A stretch of 64,000 nt of DNA from Octopus bimaculoides (Eukaryota). The notes below the pieces were generated by a model that saw only the letters and a list, made by a program, of their open reading frames with translations, was not told the origin of the DNA and searched no databases. Within the stretch, counting starts at the first letter, position 1, and each line of letters begins with the position of its first letter. This document shows, in pieces, positions 36,189 through 49,444 of this stretch. Location: the NCBI RefSeq assembly GCF_001194135.2, contig NC_068981.1, positions 144,490,551 through 144,554,550 of the forward strand, read 5' to 3'. The position numbers and the translations under genes are program-made.

Positions 36189-37429
36189 AGTCACGATGTG
36201 CTATTAAAAGAATATCATGAAATATATTGATTTATTTTCCATACCTCTTCCAATAATTTAACTAACCATTCAACAATTAATCTGATATTGGTCCAGTAGC
36301 TCTGCAATTCTGCACACTATATTTTTACTTTCGCGTATAGAAATCCTTTCAATGTTATCAATACCAAATATCTTGTGATTGCCTATACTGCAATATTGAT
36401 TATTGAATTTTAAAATGTCATTCAAGGTTTTCTTATTACATAAATCATAAACGTGGATATTGTTCGACATCGGGAATAGCAACAAAAATCACCACCCAAC
36501 ACATTTAACACCCAAAACATTTAAAGAAGTGTGAATACATTGGGTCCAAAGCAATGAGACAATCACAACCGGAACATCGTTGAGCACAAGTCTGCTCATG
36601 CAGGGCGAAGCCAATGGAGACCGAGTAACAAATACGTTGTGTATTTCTAGTCTGCCGTAACGTAACTGAACGAGGCACCTAGTTGCTTGTAGACAAAGAT
36701 AGGTTAACTCCGTACTCCAGGCACGTCTGTCCATGAGACTTTGGCGAGTAAACATTTGTCTGCTGCTGTGTTCCAAGCAATTGTTTTATTTATCTGTGAA
36801 TGAAACAAAAGGTTAATTATTTCACCACGTTTCTTCAAATTTTCGAATATCTTGAAAACTAATTTTAGCACATAGACAGTCTCTTCATGAAAGAATTAAA
36901 CACCTCCTCAGAAACTTCCCTGGTGATTAGTACGATAGCAAATAATTAAAAAGATTCAAAGTGTGACTGATTTGTGAATCATTTCGAAGTCGTAGCATTT
37001 CAATAAGTTCCACAAAACTTTAATATATTATTAAGATTTCTATCGAATATTTACAGACACACGTGTTAATAGATATACACACTGCGCTAGAAATAATTAC
37101 ACATGCATAAGCTTAGATGGAGTCTTATAATTACTTAATTCATTTACAGTATTCATCAAAGTTACCAAATTCATTATAATTCACCTTACTCCAAAATGAC
37201 AGAGATTAATTTGAAAAGGAAAAGTGCAGCATTCGCATAGGCATAAGCTTCCCTTGAGTGCAGACACACAAACGAGAACAGACTCTCTCTTTCTTTCTCT
37301 CTCTCCCTCTCACTCGCTCTCTTTCTCCCTCTCTCCCTCTGTCTCACACACACTCACAAAACACACACATAAAATACATACTCGCACACACACGAATATA
37401 TTAATACATACATAATGTTTGCTCCAACT

Positions 37430-38040
37430 TCACAGATGAGCCTCTTTGTGCTTCTTCATTGTCAATGGAATTTCTGACTTTCTGTCCATGCAGATCTGCA
37501 TGGTTTGATGCATATACATCATACAAAAATTGCAACATCTCCACCGTAGTTGGTCCTTGTCACGGGAAAACACAACAGTGTTAGGATAAGAGCAATGCCG
37601 ACTATGTACAGATTTGTAACTGTGCACTACAAACATAGCTGCACATGTCACCTCTCTTCCATCGTCATAGGGCTTTCAGTAGGTGGAATGACAAATGAGA
37701 CCACCTGTACTCATCGGTTTATAGTGATACACATTTGGACATCACCAGTTTCACTCTCTGAATTTTTGTCATTGGTACCTAATGACAAGCCGAAGCGATA
37801 TGACCAGTAATCACGCGAAACGGCAGATTTCACATCACAGTGTCCTTCTCCTAGAAGAATACAGTGACAACATCCCTCATTCATTCTGACTTTAGCAGTT
37901 GAGTGGCCATTGACTCAACAAAGTTCAACGACCTTTTGACATACTTTGCTTTTCTTACTGCAGTGTCCAGTCCAATAAAAGCACCCTATTTACCAAGCAG
38001 AGTTGGTAGGGATGCTGGTTTTGTCGTCAACAGCTTGACC
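37430..38040 (-). pseudogene. Decayed protein-coding relic, family unassigned (probably transposon-derived)
   Basis: Protein-like blocks interrupted by single stops and frameshifts: FIGLDTAVRKAKYVKRSLNFVESMATQLLKSE*MRDVVTVFF*EKDTVM*NLPFRVITGHIASACH, FVIPPTESPYDDGREVTCA, ALILTLLCFPVTRTNYGGDVAIF. GC content appears locally raised. Confidence 0.4.
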
Positions 38041-40429
38041 ATGTGACAGGGTGGGCTGGGTTACACGTTACCAGTATGAATGTATCCATACCTACCATAC
38101 ATACATACATACTGTTATGTCTCAAGCTACTGCTATCTAGCACCTTCGGATGATCTCTACTCAACCACTACTCGACTGCTACTCAACAGCTACTCAACAC
38201 CCTACCACGGCCAGACTACCTCTATTTATATGTCTTGGGCGACCCTACTTCTTCGCTTGGGGGCGTCCACACAACACATACATACATACATACATACATA
38301 CTACATATATATATTATATATANNNNNNNNNNNNNNNNNNNNNNNNNNNNNNNNNNNNNNNNNNNNNNNNNNNNNNNNNNNNNNNNNNNNNNNNNNNNNN
38401 NNNNNNNNNNNNNTATGCACGTGCACACATGCATATTTATTTGTACACGTGTGAATGTATAACCTTTTTTTACAGATTCATAGAGATGATAGAAAGGCAA
38501 CAGAAGAGAAACAGCTCAGACACAAAAGAATGTGTTTTGCTTTCTCACATGTTACACACAGATCTCTTGCTTAGACAGTGTGCATAACAAAATAAAAATA
38601 CTAAGAGAGCAACAGAGCATGCGTTGTGCAGAGCTTGTTATTGCAGTAAACTCTAATCCCTATAGTCTTCTCCAATTCATGCCGAATGATACTACAGCAT
38701 CCAAAATATTAATTCAACATTATTTTAAAAACAATATGCTTCTCAATCCAGATCAACATAGAATTCTCGTACACATGATTACAGCCGCAACACAATCCAA
38801 CCAGGAGATTCGACACGATCACTTGATCTACCAGCAATAGCGGCGAAAACTTCCTCAAATCATTCAGTACAGCCTTAATAACAGACAAATAAAACATTAT
38901 AAAATGAATGCTAAAATCATCGCCACAGCCGAAACACTTTCAAACAATGTTCTGTCAAACATGGGCGGGGGAAATATCAACAACAATATCACCAACAGCA
39001 TTATTAGTATCATTTACTCTAAGTATTATCGTGAGAAACGCTCTCCGAATAATTCTGATGGAATAGTATCTGTCGCGCTCTCACTGAGTGCAGTTCACCC
39101 GCATCTATTGTGGCATGATCACATAATTTACAGGCGTACAACCGTGATTATGTTGAAGTCCCTATGTGCTCATTTGACCTACGATAATCAACAGCCAAAT
39201 TTCTCACAAATTCTACAGCCTGTCATGTTAAATGAAAGAAGGATATAGCAGGTAAGGTAAGTTTAGACAAACTATGTATGATAACTTTAACAGCCAGTCA
39301 TCTCAAATTGATGCAAGGATCTAAATTATTTCAGCCTGAGCAGACATCCCTCTAAGATCTTAATTAAATGTGTGGTCTAGAGAGGTATACAGGGTCTCTG
39401 AGAAGGTATTTGGCCCTGTATGGCTTGTGAGATCCAAGAGAGAATGAGCCCATATTTTCGGAAAAAGTGGCAATATTCAAATAACTCTAGCGTTTGAGAT
39501 GATGATATAATTTAGTGATTCCCAACCTTTTATGATTTAGCACCTCCTTTTCGTAATCAAACAGAAGGTAATTTAACGCCGTGACTTATTGTCAATGATT
39601 ATAGTATTACGCCCTGCTAGTATCTTTAGATATTTACAGCTAGTATTTTTTAGATATTTATATAGTGTCCTTTATGGAGATTACCAAAAAAGGGCAAGGT
39701 TTTATGCAGCAAAATTATGTTGGGCCTTGGCGTGTCAACTCATGTCTTTATTCACTATACCACAGTGTCCTTCCTAATCACTCTTTAATCCAAAGATGAT
39801 TTTGCAAATGTGCTTATAGTAAAGGCATTTACATGGTTTAAAAGATTTTCTATGAAAAATCACTACCATTTAAACACCCAGTGGTTCCTTAGCATTCCAG
39901 CCCCCGCAAGATCTGAGCATCCTAAGAGGTGCTACTACACTCGTTAAAAACCACCGGTCCAAACAGAATATTTTTAGGGTCATTTACTTGCAAGTAAAGT
40001 TAAGTACAAATATTTACAATTATTTTATCTCAGTGGGGTACTGCGTTTAAAATATAAGCGTAAACCATTAAAAAAAATGGAATGATGAAAATCCAAAACG
40101 TCCGCTAACGAAAAATTAATCAAATATTAAACGACGTTATATGAATTATATAAACCTCACACACATATCAAAATTTAACGAACGCAAAGATTAAATGCAT
40201 TATTTAGTTTTATAAATTGTGGAGTTTCAGTTGCTAGGAAATATTTCAATCTGCACAAATCATAATATTTATCATTTGTGCAGATTGGCAGTTGCACAAA
40301 CATACATAGCTCGGTTTTCTTTTCTTATACTTGCGCAATTAATGTTTTGTATTGGCATAACGTTTATTTTTATTTTTATTTTTTAGAACTGTACTTGCAT
40401 AAGGTTTGGAAAAACACGTGAACAACTAT

Positions 40430-40700
40430 TTGAAATCAGCATTTGTCAAAATATTGCACAGTTTCTTGGGACCTTAGAACTTTCAGATACGCGTTGTCTT
40501 GTACCAGTTCTTTGTTTCCAGTTTGTGAAATCCAAGAAAGTACACTTCTATTTCCAAATCATTCTGCATGCTGCTGTTTTCTTAATAGTTCCAGGAAAAG
40601 TCCTCAGCTATGAATAATGAGCTGATAAATATCTAATATTGCTAACACCTCGTTTCCAGTCAGTTTCTAGGTTAAAATTCTTTCCATGAGATTAAATAAA
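40430..40700 (-). mobile_element. Possible hAT/ZMYM1-like transposase fragment
   Basis: GLFLELL resembles the GNFLELL motif, followed by an ...NKELVQ...QYF segment; weak. Confidence 0.3.
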
Positions 40701-41019
40701 AACTGTGACTAATCACTAAAGCCAAACTTAACATTTACGGTCTTAAATTTCAACTTTAGACAGAGTACAGCGTTCACAAAACGAAAGAAAAAAAATTCGA
40801 ATTTTAATCAGTATCATAGAAAAATTCACGGATATATACCAGTTTCTGACACATAGGCATGTCTCCTCTGTGTGCCTTTTCTACCGCTACTATAACAGTC
40901 TGACTTGGCAATCCTCTTTTCTACTCAAGCCTTCTCGACACCCACGCACCCCTCCCCTTATTGTTTCGTACTTTCTAACCCCGATAGGCCTTACCTTAAC
41001 CACTATTCTTTTATTCTTT

Positions 41020-41390
41020 TATTCTTTCACTTGTTTTAGTCACATGAATGCGGGCATACAGAGGCAAGTCAAATGTGTCGACCCCAGGACTCATTTTCTT
41101 TTTAAGCCTGATACTTATTCTATCAGTCTGTTTTGACGAACTGCCAAGTCACGGGGGCGTAAACATCCCAGCACCATTTGTCAAGCACTTGAGTGGGGAG
41201 AAACAGACACAAAGACATACACCCTTAGATGCATATATATACATATATACAACGGCCTTCTTTCAGTTTCCGTCTACCAAATTCACTCCCGAGGCTGTAG
41301 TAAAAGACACTTAACCAAGGTGCCACGCAATGGAACAGAAGCCACGATCATGTGGTTGGGAAGCAAGCTTCTTACCACACAGCCACGCGC
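41020..41390 (-). mobile_element. SINE family A copy
   Basis: TATTCTTTCACTTGTTTTAGTCACATGAATGCGGGCAT...CAAGGTGCCACGC...GCAAGCTTCTTACCACACAGCCACGC. Confidence 0.88.
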
Positions 41391-42026
41391 ATCAAGAAAG
41401 TATAAAACATTGCTGAGGATTGGAACATTTGTTGTTACACACAAAATATAAAAGGACTAATAAGCAAATATATAAACAAAAGAAAGACCATGCCGACACT
41501 TTCCTTTCCAGAAATTAAGCCCTACAGAATTTTCTCTCTGATCATGTTCCGCACTTCGTGACTTACGAAAATTAACGAGAAAATTTAATGGCACCAATCT
41601 CACCGGTCTAGAAGGTTTTGCAAAGGCCATGAACACTGTCCCTTTCTTGAGACCAAGTAAGTAAAACAAAATATCCCAAAATTCAGTCAGATATAAAAAT
41701 AAACGACGAAGTATTTCCGAATCACATGTTCATACGCTAGGGAAGCTTACACTTTGGCTGTTTAAACTATTCATGCAATCGTAATATTAGACAACACTGG
41801 TGAAGTATTCGATATATTGTATCAGATGTAGACACCATATCAATCCACTCTTCTTGCTTAAAATAAAACCACAATAAAATAACATTAATAATAACATTAA
41901 TAATAACATTAATAATTCCTTCATCAATTAGATTATATCAAAAAAGCATAAAACATCAATTAAGAGTGGAACGTTTGTTGTTGCACACAAAATATAAAGG
42001 GGCTAACGAGCAAATATTAAAACAAA
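41391..42026 (+). repeat. 90-bp gapless direct repeats, period 546 bp
   Basis: 41391-41480 and 41937-42026 differ at 16 of 90 positions by hand alignment. Confidence 0.85.
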
Positions 42027-42305
42027 GCCTTAACAAAAATAAACTGAGGATTTTGATATTAATTGTAGATATGTATATACAGACACATTCACAGATACAA
42101 CGCCTAGATGTCTGCTTGTGTGCCTATATGTGTACATGAGAATGTGCATGTATACTTATGTACACGTATATACATATATTGTATATACATATATATGCAT
42201 ACATATATACACAGACACGCAGACACACACACATATATATAATATTTATGTCATATCTTATGTAGATATATGTAAATTGGTAAATACACCCCCCATATAT
42301 ATATG

Positions 42306-42368
<63 letters not shown>

Positions 42369-45300
42369 NNNNNNNNNNNNNNNNNNNNNNNNNNNNNNNN
42401 NNNNNNNNNNNNNNNNNNNNNNNNNNNNNNNNNNNNNNNNNNNNNNNNNNNNNNNNNNNNNNNNNNNNNNNNNNNNNNNNNNNNNNNNNNNNNNNNNNNN
42501 NNNNNNNNNNNNNNNNNNNNNNNNNNNNNNNNNNNNNNNNNNNNNNNNNNNNNNNNNNNNNNNNNNNNNNNNNNNNNNNNNNNNNNNNNNNNNNNNNNNN
42601 NNNNNNNNNNNNNNNNNNNNNNNNNNNNNNNNNNNNNNNNNNNNNNNNNNNNNNNNNNNNNNNNNNNNNNNNNNNNNNNNNNNNNNNNNNNNNNNNNNNN
42701 NNNNNNNNNNNNNNNNNNNNNNNNNNNNNNNNNNNNNNNNNNNNNNNNNNNNNNNNNNNNNNNNNNNNNNNNNNNNNNNNNNNNNNNNNNNNNNNNNNNN
42801 NNNNTATATATATATATATATACATATATGTATATACACATACGTACATATATACATGCATGCATACATACATGAATATCTTGCATTCAATCTAGCTTGT
42901 CCAAGACTCTCATGTCATCAACTATCGATTTTGAAATTCTCCAATAGTACACTCCCGCCGGCGGTGCCAACCTACAGTGATGCTATAAGGGACTGTCAAG
43001 GAAATCGTTCCAGCATTGTTGAACGCTTTATTTTCTTCCTTCCTGCTAGCATTGCAGGCATTATATACAGCCAGAGGCAGAATATATTTATTTATATATA
43101 TATATATACATACATATACATATATATATACATATACATATATATATATTTATACATATATATAAAAGGTATATATTACTTCATAACGTTATTAAATGTC
43201 ATTAATGTTGCACATCCTTTGAATGAGATATACTTTGCCCTTTTCCTTTAGTACGTAATTGAAAGTGATAACTGTTTTCTCTTTTGGATTTTGTTACCAT
43301 ATTTTTCATTATCAAATGTGGATGTGCTATCAAATTCCTTTTAATAGAGAAAAGTTTTCAATCTAGTTTAATCGTTTGTATCTCTTTGTAAGTTGGATAT
43401 AAGCTGCCAGTCACTGCTGTTGAAGAATCACTCTGCAGGGTTTTGAAGCAGACTGCAGAGTGTGTTACGTTAGGTACTTTGTAGAACGTCTATGTGATGG
43501 AAATACCCTGACAGTTCCAGCCCCAAATGACGAACATGCCAATGAGGAAATTAGGAAATTAATTTGCAGATTTACTCAAAAATATCCCATATAAATAACA
43601 CCAAAATCATATGGTTTTGAAAAGGTTTCTTTCAAATTGAATTTATTTGGTTTCAGCTCACGACCGCCAAGCAGATTCAAATTTACATAACTTCACATTT
43701 ATCCACTTTTAATTCAGTCAGACAGATGGAGAAAGAAAGAAAGACAGAATGAAAGAAAACGGAAAGAAAGAAAGAGAAAAGAAAAGGAAGAAAACAAGGA
43801 ATAGGGAGAGGGAGGGTTTCAAGCTTAAGTTATTTCCAGATATAAACTAGAGTGAGATTTCTAAATCGTTCTTCCCACGAGCATTAACAATAACTGTTTA
43901 TGATTCTTTATTAAACTTGTTTTCTTTGAGAGTTGTTTTAAAGTTCACCCTTGAAATTACAGTGGTCCCCTTTTATTTGGTTGGCTTGATGTTTCTTTTA
44001 TCTCAATCGTGAAACGGGGCTAATGGTTTGGTCACGAATACATCTAATGTAAAAATTGTCAACATTTTCTTTGCTTGCTTCCGACAATTTTCTATTCATA
44101 TACACTGTTCTCTCTTATCATTAACTCTTAAGCTACGAAGCTTTGTTAATAAATATTAGTAAACGGAAATTGTGTTAAAGCCTATCCAGTGAACCCTTCC
44201 TAGTTTTGAGAAAAGTCGTTGTGTTTGTAGTATTAGAACCAGTTGTTCAGCATAAGGAGGATTTTATTCCATCAGTCAGAGAGCTCATGTAAGGTTGTTG
44301 ATGCACAGGTTTGGGCTCCCCCGATCAAACCACCGGCGATAAAGTACTTAGACAGGCCCAGCTACCGACACTACCATAACTAAAGAGTTTATCTTGAAAC
44401 AGCTATGCTCCCCGGTAGCACTGCTAGGCCAGGGATTTCTGGAAATTATCTTCGGTCTTGGCCTGAAATTGCTCCGGGGCAGCGTTGCCCCTTGGTTTTC
44501 GTCGACGCCCAGCAAGAACATCATCGTACTTTCCCGCAAATTATTCTGACCGCACTGTCTAATTAGTAGAGGGGTTTGTGCTTCTGATGACATTTCAGAT
44601 GTCAAACTCCCTCTTTCCGTCTTGAAATTGAACTGCAGCTCTGCCAAAGGATGAGTTGTGGAAATAGGCATCAGACATACAGCAGCCACAGGTGTCCATT
44701 GTCAAGGAAATTCTGGAGATACTGCAGCCACAGTGCATGCTTGTACATGTCTGCTGTGCGTATCATTAAACACAGCATGCCCAGTACTTCATTCAGCTAA
44801 GAGTCGCAGCAAGTTCTCAGGGTAAGTACTGAAGTCAATTCTGCAATCAAGCACCACCACTCTTCACTCTTCTCGAAATGTCGAACAGTGTGTCACTGAA
44901 AATTTCCAGCACACAATCATCATGATCCACTGGAGACGCATTTGACGTTTTGAAACCACGTTGTGCCTCTATCACTGAAGCCGATCGAATGGCTTTCGTT
45001 TGTCTGTCATAGAGCACGTACCTTAACTCTTGCAAAACAGCTTTAGCGCATGTCACTGATGAAGTGGTCAAAGGTCAATCTTACTTCAAACAATGCCTAT
45101 CCTGAGCGCTTTTTCTAAATGTTTAAGCCTTCTTTTAATTTAGTTTTCTCTAACGCTATTTGTTCACAAAACTTTATTGATCCTCCTATAATCTCCCGTT
45201 TAAGGAAAAGCCACCATTTGTTGTTGACAATTGCCCACGTCAACACCTGCTAAAGTAATTCCCTAATCCAGTCTCTGTAAGTTTGACGCACGTTTAGCTT

Positions 45301-45878
45301 TCAGTAGCACGAAACTATGCCACATACACAATTTTTTATCCTTGTAAGAACACTTTCAGCTGAACTTATAAAATGTGATGACAATATATTTCAAGAAGCT
45401 CTGGTTATACATACAAACCGCTGACGTATTAGGAAATTTTTCTTTTTCTTTTTTCAGCATGATATCGACATTATCTTCCACATTTTCACCCTCCCTAAAG
45501 ACATTGATAATAGAAACGTATCCTAGACAATTTATTTGACAGGAGTAACACTGTTTATATCATTATATCAACTCCATTACTTATTAGTTGTTATTAATTT
45601 CTCTTAAAACCAGAGAAATATATAATTTTGCTCTATCACTTCAACATATATTATTTTATCAAATTTTCTCCGCAGTTATTCCTATATTTTTGCAATGTAA
45701 TTTACGAGAGAAAATTCTAGCCAGGTTTTGTCGAAAAGAAAATTGTTATCAGTGTTATTATGTTATAAATAGGAATCCATTTTTATTATTTATTACAATT
45801 TATTGATTATTACTGAACAAATTTTGTGTTTTGACTTTCTAATATTTCTCTTGTAAATCCGCGCCAATCCTGTTAATA

Positions 45879-45935
<57 letters not shown>

Positions 45936-46029
45936 ATCATACATACACATATAAATGTCCATACGCTTTGACATTGACTTCAACTTTATTCAAAATTAAT
46001 TTTTATTATTGCACAACAGTCGCCTATCA

Positions 46030-46490
46030 TCCTTTCGGACTCGGTAATAAAAGTACCAGTCAAGTACTGGGATCTATATAATCGACGAGACCCCGCAGCA
46101 CAAAATTTCAGGCCTTGTGCCTATAGTAGAATGGATTATTACACGACAACAAAGGTGGTGAGTTTCTGGAATCATTAACACGCCGGACAAAACGCTTAGC
46201 GGCATTTCGCCCGTCAGTACTTTCGCCCGTCGGTTGACTTTCATTTATTCAGGGTTGATAAAACAAGTAACAGTTGAAAACTGGTGTCGATATAATCATC
46301 TTTCTTCACTCAATAAATGCTCACCGCTTTCGCTACTTTAAATACTAAAATAATGTTCTTTTCGAATTTCAGTACAAAGCCAGCAGTTTTGAGGCTAGAA
46401 TATTTTAGTTGATAATGTTTACCCTGTAGTACTTAACTGCTACTTTATTTTATCGACACCGAAAATCGCAGCAAGCTGTCGAGGTAGGCA
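46030..46490. mobile_element. Cluster of SINE family B fragments in both orientations
   Basis: Plus: GTAATAAAAGTACCAGTCAAGTACTGGG and GGTGGTGAG...ACGCTTAGCGGCATTTCG. Minus: CTTTATTTTATCGACACCGAAA. Confidence 0.7.
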
Positions 46491-47589
46491 TTCAAGTATA
46501 TCTTGTGATCTGGGCTGCCACACGTCCCAATCAGTCGAGTAAAGTGATACATTGCACGTGCATTCACCTATCATCGTCCTCCAAAAACCGAACTGAGGTT
46601 TTGTTGAGTATACTGCTATTGTTGTTTTTGTTGCTGTGTAGGCGGTTTCTGCTTCCTGTTGTTGACAACTTTGTTGGTGATGTGGTATTTCTTGTTACTA
46701 CTTCTTCTCCTACAGATGTTATTGTTGTAGGTGGCGCTTACATTGTTGCAAGTGGGGCTGCAACCACTATTGTTGGTGTTGTAGTTGCTACTGTTATTGT
46801 CGCTGTTGATGTTGTGCTGTTGGCAGCAGTGGAGGCCTTTTTCTCGGTCACTGTCTGTTGTTAAAGATAATTTGAATTGTGCCGCACATTACTAGTGTCT
46901 AGTCTTTCTACTCTTCACTACCACCTGCATCTGCTGCCATCTTGGTATCTGTATTAGGTCAGAGTTCCTGACAGCCTCGCGTTTCAGCTGAAGCAGGATC
47001 TAACCTCATTTTAATCTAATTTTGTTTTGAGAATCTTTTTATTTATTATTTGCAGTGTGGATGGATCGTCAAAACGATGCATTTTTGATGTCTATAAGAT
47101 CTCTAGCTCTGATGGATGTTCGCAATTTTTACCTGAAAACATCCCAAGTAAACTGGTATCAGGGTAAATTACTTATTTCTACACGAGACGTTGGAGTACT
47201 TTTGGACCAGGATTTCTGAGTGAAATTTTATTCACATGCAGTCATACCGCCTAAAATTTAATCAAAGTCTGAGAGTCTAGATATGCTTTTCAAGCAGAGT
47301 TCACTTTACTCTTACCATTCCTTCATCTGTTTACTCTAGGAATTGTGGGGTTATTGTAAGTTTGACTTTGTTACAGAGTTGGTTGAAGTATTTCTCTGGT
47401 TGGTCCAGATAAACCTTCTGGAACAGAAAACAAACTTACAGAGCTTCTAAAATACGTCCAGCTACGACAATGAACAACAATAATTGTTTCTAAGTTTGGT
47501 ACAAGGCAAAAGATTGTATGGCCAAGGTTAGACGCTATCGTGATCCAAGTGGTTGATTAGCATTTTATCAATCCGTTCTACTATAGGCA

Positions 47590-47957
47590 TATATGCTATA
47601 CAGTTGATCTTGCATGTCCCTTTGAGCCACGACTAGTCAAAAAGAAAGGCGGAAAGATAGATAGATACAACCTACTTAAGTACGACATAGCCCAGCTATG
47701 GAAAATGAAGAAGCTGAAGATAGTGCCAATTATTGTTTGGTCCAGAAGGCATCAAGAGGAATATAAAGGAAATTGGAATAGAGTGCCTAGTGGAACTGCT
47801 ACAAAAGCTTTGCCTCCTTGCCATGGCCAGAATAATCAGAAAAGTATTAGATAGCTGAAAAGAACGAAGAGCATGGTACCTTAGGCTGCATGTAGTAGTC
47901 CCGCTATGCATGCAAGACTCCAGGAGCTCCAAAAAAACCTGTGATAAAGAAAAGAAA

Positions 47958-48034
<77 letters not shown>
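47590..48034 (+). mobile_element. R4/Dong-like RLE LINE 3' end with (TAA)n tail
   Basis: CYTVDLACPFE..KIDRY..LKYDIAQLW..KIVPIIV..LLQKLCLLAMARIIRKVLDS* (stop 47856-47858), a short 3' UTR, then (AAT)n at 47958-48034. Confidence 0.85.
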
Positions 48035-48195
48035 GAGCACTCAGAGAGCGCAAACCTCCGCCAAGGCAACATCAACGTCCTCGCGATGATTAGTAAGAGA
48101 GGATTTTTAAATGAGAATACTAAAAATGAACCCGACTACTCTCAAAAATTAAGTTAAAAAACCGGAAAAATAATCCAGAATCCTTGTCCGGTACC
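48032..48195 (+). mobile_element. 5' half of a non-autonomous repeat (possibly Helentron/DINE-like), truncated at GGTACC
   Basis: Ends ...ATAATCCAGAATCCTTGTCCGGTACC, sharing about 26 nt with the inverted copy at 49.6 kb. Confidence 0.5.
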
Positions 48196-49430
48196 TGGTT
48201 TTCCTGTCCCTTTCCTCAAGCTCGTTCTTTATCCACCTAACAACACCTGCGCGATATCGCATTAAGGAAATAACCCACGTGTCTATTGCCCTAATCTTTT
48301 CTTTTCCATTGTGCCTACTTCCCATAATTTAGTTCTGAAATATTCTCGCCTAAAACCTTGCTTCATTTCGCTTACCTTGATTTTGTCATATTCCAAAATT
48401 CCCAGATATTTATATCCATTAGTCTCAACATCCTTGATTTTCTCGTCGTTGAGTAGTTCTATGCCATCAAACGACACTATTTTGCCTTTTTGTATTATAA
48501 GCATACCACACTTTTTATTCCTAAATACCATTCCGATATTTTTACTGAATATCAACACTGATGAAACTAGGCCATTTATTTCACTTTCGGTCTTCCCAAA
48601 GATCTTTAATTCATCCATATATAACAAATGATTTCATTTTCCTCCACTTTCCAAGGTGTACTCCGAAGTCACTTTCCGTAGTATCTGTGTGAGGGGTATC
48701 ATACAAATCAAAGACAGCAATTGTGATAGGGTATCTCTTTGAAATGTGCCTCTGTTGATGCTAACCCTCACCAAAACTTTTCCACATGAAGTTAAATCTG
48801 TATTACAGTTTTTCATTCATCTCCAAACAAAATTTAATATGTTATTCTGTCATGTGTTTCAACTCTAAGGCTGTGGCCATGCTGGGGTACTGCCAGTGAT
48901 ATATGTTATTCATATATATATTATATTGTTCAACTCTTTGGCCATATCGCTTGATATTTGTCGCTTTAGCCTGCGATCTTTGTTTCAGCTCTTCAAGAAC
49001 TATATTTAGCCCCTTTTTCTTTATCCTATATTTACGTTCTGGTTGGTGATATTTCTCCTCCCTCTTGATTTCATCTTTTTTTTCTTTTTTTCCAAGATGT
49101 TGATATGTCTTCGCATATCATTCATTGATTGCTTTATTCTTCTTTTCCACCAAGGTTATTTTCCTTCATTCCTACTTTTACGGTTCGGTTCGAGGCTTAT
49201 TTCATTTCCTATATAAATGATGCAGGCTTTAATCAATCTATCCGTTCCGATTGTATTGTCCGTCTTGATTTCTTTCGGTATTCTATTCACCTTAAGGGCC
49301 CACCTCCTGGGCAAATTTCTATCTGCTTTCCTGAATCCATTTATTTCCATATCTAGGACTTCCTAATGATACTAGGAATGTTTTCGATCATTCCTTTGTC
49401 TTCATTATTCTGTCTTCCTCTACACTCAGG
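48193..49430 (-). mobile_element. R4/Dong-like RLE LINE fragment (pre-RT region and RT domains 4-7)
   Basis: PWWKRRI, IVLEELKQR..AK...KRY, INRGTFQRDTLSQLL..CMIPL, YMDELKIFGK, KKCG, GYKYLGILEYD, RAIDTWVISLMRYRAG..W...ELEERDRKTR. Confidence 0.9.
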
Positions 49431-49444
49431 GCTTAAGACATAAT

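Noticed and set aside
5346-42026. Short direct repeats considered as a CRISPR-like array
   Set aside because: The repeats are contiguous tandem units or single pairs with no unique spacers, in eukaryotic context with no cas genes.
43429-43462. 10-bp inverted repeat CACTCTGCAG/CTGCAGAGTG as a possible pre-miRNA
   Set aside because: Pairing does not extend to the roughly 30-bp stem required.
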